Source: Amoebophrya sp. A120
Lineage: Eukaryota > Protista > Dinoflagellata
Assembly: GCA_905178155.1 (NCBI GenBank)
Contig: CAJINV010000005.1
Location: 6,656,153 to 6,720,152 of the forward strand
DNA: 64,000 nucleotides
Direction: 5' to 3'
How positions within the stretch are numbered: position 1 is the first letter of the stretch; every line of letters starts with the position of its first letter. A model generated the notes under the pieces. The model saw only the letters and a program-made list of their open reading frames with translations. It made no database searches and was not told the DNA's origin. The translations under genes and the position numbers were made by a program. Shown here in pieces: positions 11,918 through 23,864 of the stretch.

Positions 11918-14688
11918 ATGTCCCAGTCTGCCAAGTATGCGCAGAAGGTCGCCGACCGCAAAATGAAACGGGAGCAGTCGAAGGAAATCAAACGTGCGCA
12001 GTCGCAGGAGCGACAAGCCGCCGCGAAGCAGCAGCAGCAACCCGCCAGCGCGACGAACTACGGCGCTATGGAAATCGGCGCGCCGCAGTCTGCCGCGACG
12101 AAGGCGCAAAGTCCGGGATCAGTCTCGGCTGCAGCGACCGCTTCTTCGTCAGCGGCGCGGTATCCGGGCATGCGGACCCAGTATCAACTGCAAATGTGTC
12201 TGGGGCGGGAAGAATGCGCTTGTTTGTCATGCATGTTTTGGATCACCCAAATGGTGTCTGATGCACGCACAAGCATTAAGTACAGGTTTTGCGGACGCCC
12301 CCTCTTGATGCCTGTCCCGCATGAGAAACTGCCGACTTGTGTAGCCAGGAGTCAAATGGGTAAGTAGCTCTTGATGGCGCGGATGCAACACAAATTTTTG
12401 TCTGCTCCAGATTTAGCATGACAAGTTGCAACTTTTCCAGACCCAGACACGTTCGCAATGCATACCCAGTGGTCCGAGACCAAAGATCCGGTGATTATCG
12501 AGCAAATTTGGGTGACTTATTTGCACCCAACCCGCGGCCGGTTGATTCGCGACGTGCAGGCGCTATGCATCGCAAAAGTATCGTACTAGTATAAACCAGC
12601 CATGCTCCGGCTGCCGCCGGAGCGCAAGGCTGTTGGGCCGGGGCAAGACTGTTTGCCGATCGGACCACAACCCCGCGGGCCTATGCACAACGAAACATAT
12701 TGCGCCGCGCCAGCCCGCAGGACCACTTGCGCGCTTCCCGCGCCTGTGGGCGCTCTGCGCAGGGAGCAGCTGCAAAGAACACCGGGGGCGAACAGAAGCC
12801 GCCCGGCGGGAGAGGGTAGCGCGAGAGGGTGGCGCGAGAGGGTGGCGCGAGAGGGTGGCGCGGCAAGGCGCCGAACAAAACAGCTCCGCGAATGGCCTGC
12901 AGTGCCAAATATGGGTAGTGCCATGCGGATTCGCGCCCGCTTCTTTGTGTTTTACCCTCTCGCAGACCTCTCGCAGACCCTCTTTTTGACCTCTTTTGAG
13001 GGTCCCCGCTAATAATCCGGCTATACTCGCGGGTAGAGGTCGACAGAGGTGGCCGAGAGGTGGCCAAGAGCGAGGGTCCGCGAGAGGTCGCCCCTTATTC
13101 GCGCCTCCTCTCGCCACCTCTGTCGACCTCTCGCGCCCCCTCTTTTTGACCTCTCTGCACCCTCTGTGCCACTTAGGCGGCGCCTAAGGGTGGGCCCTTA
13201 CTGCGGGCCTTATTCGCGCACCCTCTCGCGGACCCTCTCGAACGGGGTTCCGCGCCACCTCTCCACCTCTGTCGACCTCTTTTCTACCTCTGTCGACCTC
13301 TTTTTTACCTCTCGGCCACCTCTCTGGGACCCTCTGTCTACCTCTTTTTTCGCATTAATATAATGTATAAGTAATTGCATTACAAATTTTATCAGAAAGA
13401 AAAATGGAATCTGTAATGCTAATTCAGGTAAGAAGGTAGGCTTGTCATGCAAGCTTGCAATTAGTACGAGTGCGATACTTTTGCACAGGATAGGCGCCGT
13501 TCCTGAGCAACCCGATCTGCTGCTTTTGGCTTTTGTGGTTGAATCCGTTGACGACGTTGATTATGCTGATTTACTCCTGTTATGAATTGCAAATATGTCT
13601 GGGTCTGGAAGAGTCGGGGCTTGTCAGGCATATTTTGCATGATCCGCGAGGTCTGTGATGCTGGTGCTAGCATCGCTGATTTTTTGAGAGCTTCTCGATG
13701 CTGATTACGCATGAGAAATGCCCCCTCCGCGTGCCAAGAGCTGACTCCTCTTGCTGCTCATGCAGCACAGACATTTTTAGAATCCGCAGACAGCATTACA
13801 AGTTCCACTGTTCTAGACCCAGACATATTTGCGATCCATACCTGTTGCTGCACCAGCGCGCGGAACGCCAAAATCCAGAAGTACGACCGCGCTCTGAAAC
13901 GGTGGCAGCAAGACTTCAGCAAGGAGCTGGCGCCCTACGGGCTGTCCGTCAAAACGAAATCGAACGTCGATTTGCCCATGAACGTCAGTCACGGTAAGGA
14001 GCATAAGATTTTGGTTCTGCATGTAGAATTTTTTTTGTAATGCAGAAACAAATCGCTATCGCAAGTTGAAGTTATGTTGTAGCACGGCCTTGCTCTACCG
14101 TTATCTTGTAGCACGACCCAGAAATCCGTACCCGTAATCAATGAAAAATCAAAAATCAACTCAGACCGCTACGGCAGCCACGGACGGAAGCGGGGCCCGA
14201 AGACGGGGATTCAGCGGTACATCACGATTACGCTGACGCCGGAGGAGACGGAGAAAATCAAGCACGAGCCGCATGTTGTCGGGGATCTAGAGGAGAACTG
14301 CTGCCATATCGTGAGGAAAAATCCCCCCTCCCCATACCAAAAGGGGACACTTCTGAAAATTTGTGATGCTGATTTGTGGGCACAAATCGTCTCTGTATTG
14401 CAAGAAGGCAAATCCAGAGACTCCGCCACATTTTGCAGGCGGTTTGTGATGCTGCTAGACCTACAGCTGGGATCCCTGTTTTGCTACGAGCCTACGTCAG
14501 AACACCCCCGCTTGGACTTTGTATCTGCCTGCATTCCTCTACTGCAAGACACAGCTGATTTGTGTACGCAGATCCCACATCACAGATTTCGACTTCGATA
14601 TGGGGAGGGGGGATTTTTCATTTTGATATGCCAAGGCAGCTTCCCGGACGAAACCTTGCTGTGCATGCACCCGCCCAGCTGCATCTGA
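11918..14688 (+). CDS. Hypothetical Cys-rich membrane protein; four introners and one GT-AG intron (13994-14164); may have upstream exons from about 10765
   Basis: Spliced product is continuous: RTQ|WSETKDPVIIEQIW..DVQA|PFLSNPICCFWLLWLNPLTTLIMLIYSC|CCTSARNAK..SH|DRYG..NCC|QGSFPDETLLCMHPPSCI*. Confidence 0.75.
12182..12464. mobile_element. Introner family A
   Basis: TIRs; TSD cccag/cccag. Confidence 0.9.
12564..13492. mobile_element. Introner family B carrying an approximately 780-bp nested GC-rich insert
   Basis: TSD ggcgc/ggcgc; both ends match the reverse complement of sibling 19585-19736; extra DNA about 12594-13373. Confidence 0.85.
13581..13840. mobile_element. Introner family A
   Basis: TIRs; TSD cctgt/cctgt. 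Confidence 0.9.
14307..14628. mobile_element. Introner family E
   Basis: TIRs; TSD tgcca/tgcca. Confidence 0.9.
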
Positions 14689-16230
14689 GAGGACCGGGGT
14701 ACTAGCGGCTGCCCTCAGTAGTTGCCACCTTTGTTCTGTTAAAACGAATAAACCGCAGGCGTTTCGTTTGTTGAAAATGAAATCAATGAAGTAGAGCCAT
14801 TGATGTTGAACTCGATGCAATGCAATCCTGCGTAACTTTTACCGGGATGCATTCAACATCGAGAAGACAAAAACTCCTTATCCACTAAGTACCTAGCATC
14901 ATGCAGGGAGCTTTCTGTGTGATCTTTGGTGGAACATCAAAGAGAGTGATGATGAAATTGAATCGGAACAAGTAAGAATCACCACTTGTTTATCTACTGT
15001 TTGAACTCTACACATGAACCTGATCAGTACTGGATTTTCCTCACATCATTATGCTACATACATGATTCGTTGTTAGGAAAATTTGTTTGCGGATTATTCG
15101 CGTGCATATTTTTTACCTACACATAACACAATGACTTATTCTACTTTACTAGTTGGACATGGACCTTCACTTCACTTCCATTTCTTTGAGCTTGTTTTCA
15201 TTCTTACAGTTTTACACACTTCTACAATTACATTCATAACTAGACTATTGCACTGCACTTTTTACAAATCACAAAATACAAAAAAGTGAATCTGTTTGAG
15301 ACCTCGAACTGGAAATTCTATTTCTTCACTGGGGTTCTATCTTGTTTTAAAAATTGAAATATAAAACGGTTGGAAAAAAAGAAAAACACAAAATCAAAAG
15401 CAAAATCGTAAAAACAGAAGCGGAATAAAAGGTTGCTTGAGACAAAATCTTTGAGAAATAAGGAACAGCACTACAACTAAAAAATCCATATACACGCCAG
15501 AATGGCAATGGTACCGCGGCTACAGGTTCGAGCGGCGAGACCACTCCCCTGCGGCATTGTCGTCATCCATGGCACGCGCATTTTTCAACCAGAACTGAAG
15601 CCTTAGTCTGAATGGATTTTCGTCGTAAAAACAAAAAGAAGCATGCAGCAAGCAAAATAAAACCGCCTCCCTCGTCTCTCGGTCTTTCGTACAAAGTCGT
15701 TCTCCAGAAATACAACCTGAACGTTTTTGTTTATCTACGAGATTATGCAAAAGCGTACCACTCGTCGGTAGTTGTCCTAATTTCATCTCGTGCAAGAAAG
15801 TTCTCCGCCTTCGGTTGGCTCTCGTTTGGCCGTGTCGTTGCACCAGCGTGGCGAGCTTTGCGGCGAATCGCTCAAGTACCTCTCGGTGTCGTAGTTCCGA
15901 AGATGTCGTTCTTGTATAATATGATCGTTCTCCACGTCCACCGTCCGTTTAAACCGCTGCTTGTTGACACGTGCGCTTGTAAGAACTGCCTCTTCGCATT
16001 TGAAATTCTCCAAACGTGAATTATGTCCTTTTCCCAGCAGGATTAGAAGAAGACTACGACTTACTGTCACAAAAACAAGTTCACCTCCAACAACACTCAA
16101 AAAGAGCGACCTCGCACGAAAACGCGAAAGCAATAAACAACCACTACGTAGAACAAAGGCAACGTTTTGCAAAGAGAATTTTAACAAAACCCATCCGCTC
16201 TATTAAAAAAACCCAATCCGCTCCATCAAA

Positions 16231-17613
16231 ATGTCTCTCTCCGGAAACAACAAGCTGGCCAAGGTCGCTGCGGCGACGGCCGTTCTCGCGGCGACCGCGG
16301 GGGTATGAAAGTGCACAACTCCACCTCCCCCTCATTTGTATAGCATGAACGGCAACACAAGTGTCAGCAAGAATGCAGGGTTTGCATGACAAATTTGGAC
16401 AGGAGTGTAGTGCTATGTGGGCTGCCACAACTTGTCATGCAGCCAGTGCTAAAAGCGAAGGAGTAAAATTAGGTATTTTATTGCATGACAAATGAGCAGG
16501 AAGAAGAGTTGTGCACTCTCATAGTAAGCGGTTTCCACGAAAAACGAGGTCAAGGCGAAGAAGAATTTGAAGACCCTGATCATGAAGAGCAAGGCGGCGG
16601 CGGCTGCCGGCGCGTCTTCGAAGAAGGTTTCGAAAAAGACGACTTGGGACGACAAAGCTATGATGGACATGTACCTGGCGGCTGTGGATACGCACTCGCA
16701 AGCATTTAAGGACGCGGTGGAGGCCAACTGCGAATTTCACGAAGAAAAACTGAAGGAGGAGGGCTGCTGCAAAGCCGGGGCGGATATGAACGAAGGCATC
16801 GACGGGATCACCACGGCCGGCCTCTTATCCCATGTGTAAAAACGTCCCCACGACCACGACGATCCCAAAGGCTGCAAGTTGGGAATTCTGCAACACAAGT
16901 CCAGAACTTTTTGGGAGGCGCGCATGCCAAGTTTGATGTTCTCTTTGTAGTGTTGTTGTGCAGGTTTCTTTAGCAAGTGCCGCCGCATCTTCACAACGCC
17001 ACCAGCGTATGCAAGTTGTCTGCGCACTGAAGCATTTATTTTTACAAATGAAGCAAAACACGACCAGCGGGATGCGCATTTTTACAAATGTTGTTCCCGT
17101 TGATGCAAATCTGCAAAAGAAATCTGGTTCTTCGGGGACGCTTTTACACGGGACACCGGTTCAAATGCGACGACGTGCGGGAGATCCAGAAAAACTACGG
17201 TTGCAACCCCTGCACAGCTGCCTCTTCCTCGCGCTCCGGCTCTGGCTCGGGTTCCAAGAAGACTATGCATTGCAAATATCGTCGACCTGGCGGTCTGCAA
17301 AAAGGCAGAAGTTTGTCATGCAGGTTGTGCATCGTGAGCATGTCCCAGAAGGTCGTCTAGAAACCTGACCGAGCACCATCACAAGTTTTGCGAGAACTTA
17401 ATTGTCAAGCAGTCTAGTATGCATGAGAAGTAATCCTCTTATCTCGCCAGCGTGGCCAAAAGTGGTCAGCTTTTCTTGCAACTACCGGTGCGGGGCGGAA
17501 GATCTTCGTCTGACCCGAAGAAACAAGCATCGCATGTTTCTTGCACCTTTGTTCCAGACCGCCATGCCGCGTATTTGCGTTTGATATCGTCTTCTGAAGG
17601 CTGCTGCCGCTAA
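16231..17613 (+). CDS. Small Lys/Cys-rich protein with a signal-peptide-like N-terminus; three aged introners
   Basis: MSLSGNNKLAKVAAATAVLAATAG|AVSTKNEV..TTAGL|FKCDDVREIQKNYGCNPC..KK|xSEGCCR* after removing element+5 nt three times. Confidence 0.7.
16304..16523. mobile_element. Introner family H (TIR TATGA.AGTGCACAACTC)
   Basis: TIRs clear; TSD degenerate (ggggg/gtaag); sibling at 48344. Confidence 0.8.
16826..17155. mobile_element. Introner family D, aged
   Basis: TIR tatcccatgtgtaaaaacgtcccc / ggggacgcttttacacgggaca; TSD cctct/ccggt. Confidence 0.8.
17264..17586. mobile_element. Introner family A-like, aged
   Basis: tatgcattgcaaatat / gtatttgcgtttgata; TSD aagac/tcgtc. Confidence 0.7.
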
Positions 17614-19329
17614 GCAGAATTCATCCAATTCGTTGGGAGAGTTTTTGATTTCCCATCAGTGGAAATGTAAAGCGAAAACTCGACTCTGCCCTGACAGTCT
17701 GCTGCTTACCCAGAAGCCAGCAAACATGGTGTTTTTTCAGTAGTTTTTCGACATCTCTATACGTACGATACTTATTATTTTTATCAATTCAGCACCTCTT
17801 TTTGATTTTGTTTTTGTCCTGTTCGTCTTCACACATCGCTGTATCCCAGCCGCGATTTATTTCACTAATCCAAGAAGTATCAGTTTCACCACAGAAGTAC
17901 AGTAGTTCAATTTGCAGCAGTTGTACTCGAGTGACGATCGCCCGATCATTTGTCACCTAAGATATCGCAAAGAATAAATCATAATCACGCACCCACTGTT
18001 GTAAAAATGTTCCTCACCTGATAGCCAGCTGTATCCCAGTCTTGGTTTATCCTTTCAAATAAATAAAATAACATACGAGCAAGCAAGAAATCCAAAGACA
18101 TCAACATCAAACACGCCTATCGTGAACAACATCAAAGCCTTCAATAAGTAGAGCCTCGTGTTTTCTTGTCAGACTGTCAACCGAACAAACGAGGCGAAGA
18201 CGAAGAAATCACAGACAAACGAAAATTAAACCGTTGGAGGAGGGCCGCTTTGAGTTTGATTTCAAGAAAAAATAAATTAGGCGTTGAGCACGCAGCTTGC
18301 TCAGCTTGCTACACGCGGCTCATGGTCGTGCCCGCCGGGTGAAGAAGGTGCCGGATTATTTGGGTAAACCATTCATCCACCCATAGTACTCCGTCGCCGT
18401 TGTTCATCGTAAATTCGCGTTTGTTTCAAAACTCAGAGCGATGATCCGCTTGACTTTTGTTTTCGACACTATATTAAACTTGAGCAAGACTGACTCTCGA
18501 GTTGATTTGAGCGCGACATCACGGTTTTTGTATTGACACGGCGGTAATTTGAGTAGTCCGCCGTCAAGGCTAGTGTCGTGTCGAGAGGAGTAAAGTTAAA
18601 TCGAGAGCAGCTCGCAAGAATGTGTGCGTGCAAGGTAGGGTGTTGTTTTTTTGTCTTATCCCTCTGTAGCTTCGAGTTCGAGCGACAGAGCGGCACGGAG
18701 TAGTTGTTTTCGTTGCAGGGCTTCAATTCAGCTGTTTGTCGTGATGAACCGAGAATCTATGGCAGTATGTATTCTTCTGACACCCGGCTGTAGTTGCAGA
18801 ATATGTTGACATTGCCATTTTTAATTTTAGCCACGAGCAGTTTTTTCTGGGAGAGAAGAATACAAACGAAAATCAAAAACAAGTAGAGGTATCATTGTAA
18901 GAACGCTTGTATTATTAGTTTAGGTCTACTTCTTACTATTTTCATTGTACGATATTAGAGCTTCTCTTTCTCATCATCTTCTACCCTGGAGTGCATGACG
19001 AATTTGTAAAATTTGAGAGAGCAAGTGCAAGAGCTTCTTTTACGACTGTTGTATTTACCACTCACAAGGACGAGAGGACTACCAAAAGTTTGCAAATAAA
19101 CGAGCAAAACGAAGAAAGAGCGCAGTATCAGTAAGCACGGGAAGCCGAAGCGCCGCTGGTGTTGCAAAGAGTTGAACAAGCTGAGGTCTTGTCCTGCTTC
19201 AACATCATCACATTCAATAAATTTGTAAAAACTGCGTCTAAAATATTAATTTCCCCACCACTACCTAGCCAGTAATGCAGGACTTCACGACTAGCGGGCA
19301 GTCGCTGTACTTAACCCTTCCACGCAAGA

Positions 19330-22300
19330 ATGGCCACCTTTAACAACCAGTTTGAGCCGATAGTGCGCATGGAGGTTGACAGTTTTGAAGATTTTGACCA
19401 CGAGAATTTTGAACAACCCGACCACAACCAGACCATCCCTTCTGCCACGATAAAACCGCCCAAGCGCCTCTCTGTAGCGGACTCGGAGGAAGATCTGCTT
19501 CTGCAACCAAAACGCAGGATGATTGAGGAGAGCGATAACAACCTCAAGCCACACCAGCTCGCAGAATCCGTGCCCACGCCGCTCTATCCTGTGCAAAAGT
19601 ATCGTACTCGTACTAATTGCAGCTATGCATGACAAACTTCCTTTCCAAGTGAAAACAGCATGACAAATTCAAATTTTCATGCTGAGAAAATTTGTAATGC
19701 AATTTATACTAGTTGTACGATGCTTTGCAATGCATACCCTCAGCCCTGGGAAGCGCGTTTCAAAAAGTCCGGGAAAGAAAACCGCGGCGAACGGTCTGCA
19801 AGCGGCGTCAAAGCCGGCCTCAGCCACTTCTATTGCGCCGCAGGGGCTACCGTATAGTTTTTTTTGATGATGGTTTTTTTGCTTCTCCAGCATGGGTCAT
19901 TGTCATGTGAATTTTTTTTTCCCGACAGGAGCAGGACACACAGAGTGGACTTTTCTCTCTGCAGTTCCCATGTCAATATCCTAACACCAGTTCCGGCGTT
20001 TCCGCATCGGCTTCAACAGAGGTCCCTCCGTCGACAGTGGTTGCACAACCAGCTGCATCATCCACCCGGAGCAAGCCGATTGATGAAGCAAGCCTCGTGT
20101 TACCGATCCCGGATGTTGTTAACACAACGACTACCACTGATGTGGTGGCTATCAAATGCAAATATGTCTGGGTCTGCAAGAGTGCATGTTTGTCATGCTT
20201 GTCTGGCATGACTCTTGAATCTGTCACTCACGTTACCCAAGAGCCCCATTTTGCTGTCACGCAAAAACGCAGTTTGTCATGCAGAGTAGGCAACACCTAG
20301 AAGCTCCAAAGCTTGTCATGCTGAGCCAGCACTTGTGGCCTCTTCATGATACGCCGACCAGCGTCACAAGTTTCCAGACCCAGACTTTTTTACAATCCAT
20401 AGTGGCCGGACAGCAGCAACTACTCGAACAAGGAGAGCCGATGCATTTGACCGGCACAACCAACACGGCTGCAACAAGTTCTTCCGGTTCTGCATCTAGT
20501 ACTTCCTCGACGACACAGCACAATGCCACAAGCACGAAGATTAACCGCCGGATGCCACTGCCACCGGTGCGGTACACCAGGCCCAGGACGGTGAACTTGA
20601 ACAATAACGGGACAACTAGTAGTACAACTACGGGTAGTGTTGACCACAATGGTGCAGCAGTTGTGCAATTCCCGCCGAGAACTGGTACAACGAGAGCGCA
20701 GCAGCAGCAGCAGCACCTCCGCAATACAACCGCCGGAAATACTAATCCCACCACGGCACCCGCACCGTACGTACCGTCGAATAATCCGGTTTACACCCAT
20801 CGCAACATCTATCGCAAGAAAAAACTGTTTCACTGTAAACTTGTAATGCAGAAACTGCATCTCAGAAGTGTTTGTCGTGCTACACATGCAAGTTAGACGG
20901 GATTTTCTAGCTGTGTTTTCCCGTAGGAACCTCGCATGGCAAGTTTTCCCTGTCATGTAGAGCAAACTTGTGCTGCAAAACTTACTTGCAAAATCCTTAC
21001 AGTGAAACTCTTTTTTCGTACGATAACATCGGGCAACTCCAGCAGTGGAATAACCACAACCTCCCCCGGGGCTTCCAGGACGCGATGACGGGATCCGCTT
21101 CGTATAACCCCTTGTTGTCTGAAATGACGATGAACAACGATGAGTACCGCAACCAGATCGACGAGGGGAGCTTCGACGGGAATCGACCCAGGTTGCGCCA
21201 TCAGATGATGGCGGCAAGTAGTACATCTCCAGATCATGATTTTTGTAAGACCCTCAACGTCGGAGAAAATAAGGAGGGGAGCAAGTCTGACGATTTGTTT
21301 TTGCTCGCGAATAAAAATGAAACCGGTACAACTAGTACTTTATCCTCCTGGGATCCAGTTGTGGAGGCTCCTGCGAATAATTGTTCCAGCAAAATCAGCT
21401 CACCGTCGTTTGACGATCACCAGGACAACTACAGCTCCTGTTCATCTTCCGCAGGAGGTGCTTCTTCCTTCCACCCGGCGAGTGGTACAACTGGCCAGCA
21501 ATTCGAATTCGACCCCTGTTTCCTCTTTGTAGAGAAAAACTGGAAGACGGAAACGGTTCTCGGGAAGTATTACAATGAAAAATGCCTCCACGACCCCAGA
21601 TGAACTTGGCGCATTTGTATAGCAAACCTTTCCAATGGAAACATTCCTCGTCTTGCATATGTCAGCATCACAAATTTTCCACGCTGAATAGCTCAAACCT
21701 GTGTTGCAAAGGAGCCCAACAGCAGCCGGATCTGTTATGCAAAAGATACGCTACGCCTGCGCGCCTAGATTCTCCAACAGAAAGGCTCGTAGTCCTTTCA
21801 TGCAAGACGAAAAGGTTTCATTTGGAAACTTTGCATGAGAACCTTTTGCAAATTCTGGGGTGGGGGCATTTTTCACTGTAATAGGAAGTTAGAAGTCGAC
21901 CGGTTGAAACACGAGCACGCGGCCATGCTGCGGAGACTGGCGCGGATGAAAGGCGGGAATAGTAAGATGGGGAAAATGATGAAAGGGCAGAATTCGAAAC
22001 TAACTTCCTCCAATTATAACCCGCTCAGGTGTTACAATCTCAAACGTTACAATAGTTAGAATATGGAAATCTGTGATGCAAGAGTGCATGATCTAGCCAA
22101 CTCTCATAGGATTGCGCATGACAAGTTCCGGAGCCCCAAACAACACTACAATCTGCCGAAATTTGTATTGCAAAAGGTGGAACGCTGTGCGAGTCTGTCA
22201 TGCTCATCATGCAACACAAATTCCAGACTCTATTGTAACGTTTGAGATTGTAACCTTTGAGAAAGTCATACCAATGCGACGAAGAAAAACCAGCGCTTTC

Positions 22301-23628
22301 GGCAGCGCAGTCGGGAAAACTCCGTGTCGTCTAGCGAAGAAGACTCGGAGGATTCGGAAGATGAGGATGAGGATTCGTCTGAAGAACCAAGTGAAGCGGA
22401 ACCGGAGGAAGAAGAATTGTCGGATGAGGACGAGTCCATGGGCGGGGACGTCGATAATAACAGCAGCAGCAAGAGGGTAGCAGAAGTACAACTACCGGAC
22501 AAAGAAAATATCAACGAGCAGTTGACGAGCAAGATCGATGAGGATTCGGATTTTTCGGAAGATTCCGATTCCTCCAACGGGGACGACGAGAGAATGCAGG
22601 TGGACGGGCCTTCTACTGTGGATAGTACTTCTGCGAATAAAAATGCCGGCAAGGAGATGCTGAACGGTGCAGGGTCCTCTTCTTCATCCGGCGCGTCGAG
22701 TAGCTCGGCGTCTGCGTCTAACACCACGACTACGACGGCGGAGAGCTGTCAGAACAAAGACATTGACGCGAAAAAGAAACACAGCGCATCAATCATGAAG
22801 AGCCCCTCGGATGAAAAGAAATTGGTTTTGCCAGGTACAAGAAAAACAATCGATGTCTACTTTCGTTCGATGTTGCACATTTTTTGTCTTGCAATGTTGA
22901 TAGATTGTACTATCGTATTTGGTCTTGTCATGCCAACATCCTACTATGAAAAGAAATTAAAACACAACAAACAGTTCCCCGCTGCCAGTTTTGCCGGAAG
23001 CAACTCGACAGCTGCAGTGCCATTGTGATCGAGAAGGCCCGGAAAACGAGACGGAATTTTTTTCACCCGGCCTGCTTTTTCGAGTTGTTTGGGGAGAATG
23101 CGAAGGACATACAGTTTACCTTGAAGGGAGAGAAACAGGTATATCGGGAAAAGGATTTTTGTCATGCAGAAACTGCGTTGGAGGCATGCTCTCGCTCTAC
23201 CATGCGTACTTCTACTTTCATATGTATGAAGTGCACAGAATGAAGATCACCAATTCCAACCAGGTCGGCGGGCAAGCGGATTGTGTATCCTGAGCAAAAA
23301 CGTACCCACACCAGAGTCAGGCTGGGGATTTTGCAACACAAGCCTAGGAGTTTTGTGAGTCACGCATGACAAGTTGCGCTCTGCAGTGTAGTGCAGGTTA
23401 GCAAGTGCAGCCGCATCACAGATTCATCTGCTCATCCTGTTTACAGCATCACAAATTCCAAAACACGATTGAAAATGGCTCTCATGCGGATGCGCATTAC
23501 AAATGTTCCTGTCTTTGCAAATCTGCATTACAACTCTGGTGTGGGTACGTTTTTACTCAGGATACTGTGACGACATGGTTCTGGAGCAGGCGGTCAAGGG
23601 CTTGATCCGCAATATGAATGAAAACTGA
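19330..23628 (+). CDS. Hypothetical low-complexity protein with acidic tract; at least six introners plus canonical introns; 3' exon structure uncertain
   Basis: Frame restored across 19585, 20150, 20810 and 21568; possible CQFC..HPAC zinc-finger-like segment near 22830-23075, but phases could not be reconciled. Confidence 0.6.
19585..19736. mobile_element. Introner family B
   Basis: TIRs; TSD cgctc/ccctc. Confidence 0.88.
20150..20401. mobile_element. Introner family A
   Basis: TSD gtggc/gtggc; close sibling of 2609. Confidence 0.9.
20810..21025. mobile_element. Introner family G (TIR TATCGCAAGAAAAAACTGTTTCACTGT)
   Basis: TSD acatc/acatc. Confidence 0.9.
21568..21883. mobile_element. Introner family F (TIR TATTACAATGAAAAATGCC)
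   Basis: TSD ggaag/ggaag; reverse-orientation sibling at 48626. Confidence 0.9.
22031..22254. mobile_element. Introner family J (TIR GTTACAATCTCAAACGTTACAATAG), no clear 5-bp TSD
   Basis: Perfect 25-bp inverted repeat; sibling at about 60299; ends fuzzy. Confidence 0.8.
23286..23564. mobile_element. Introner family D; uninterrupted sibling of the retro-containing element at 49400
   Basis: TSD ttgtg/ctgtg; its reverse complement aligns across the retro insertion point. Confidence 0.9.
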
Positions 23629-23643
23629 AATTGTGGTCGAGGT

Positions 23644-23864
23644 TATCGCAAGAAAAAACTGTTTCACTGTGAAGAACTTGTGATGCATAGAATGGAACAC
23701 AGAACCATTTGTCTTGCTACACCTGTAAGAGCTTGACTCTTCAAGGGCGTTTTCCCTTTGGAAGCGCGCATGCCAAATTTTCTGCGTCATGTCGTGTAAG
23801 AAACTTATGATGCAGATCTTGCAAAGGCATCACGATCACAGTGAAGCAGTGCTTTCGTGGGATA
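23644..23864. mobile_element. Introner family G, probably in 3' UTR
   Basis: TSD gaggt/gaggt. Confidence 0.88.

Noticed and set aside
20805-21030. Idea that every TSD must contain a G to supply a splice-site G
   Set aside because: Perfect TSDs acatc (20805) and ctacc (45957) have no G, so it is not a universal rule.
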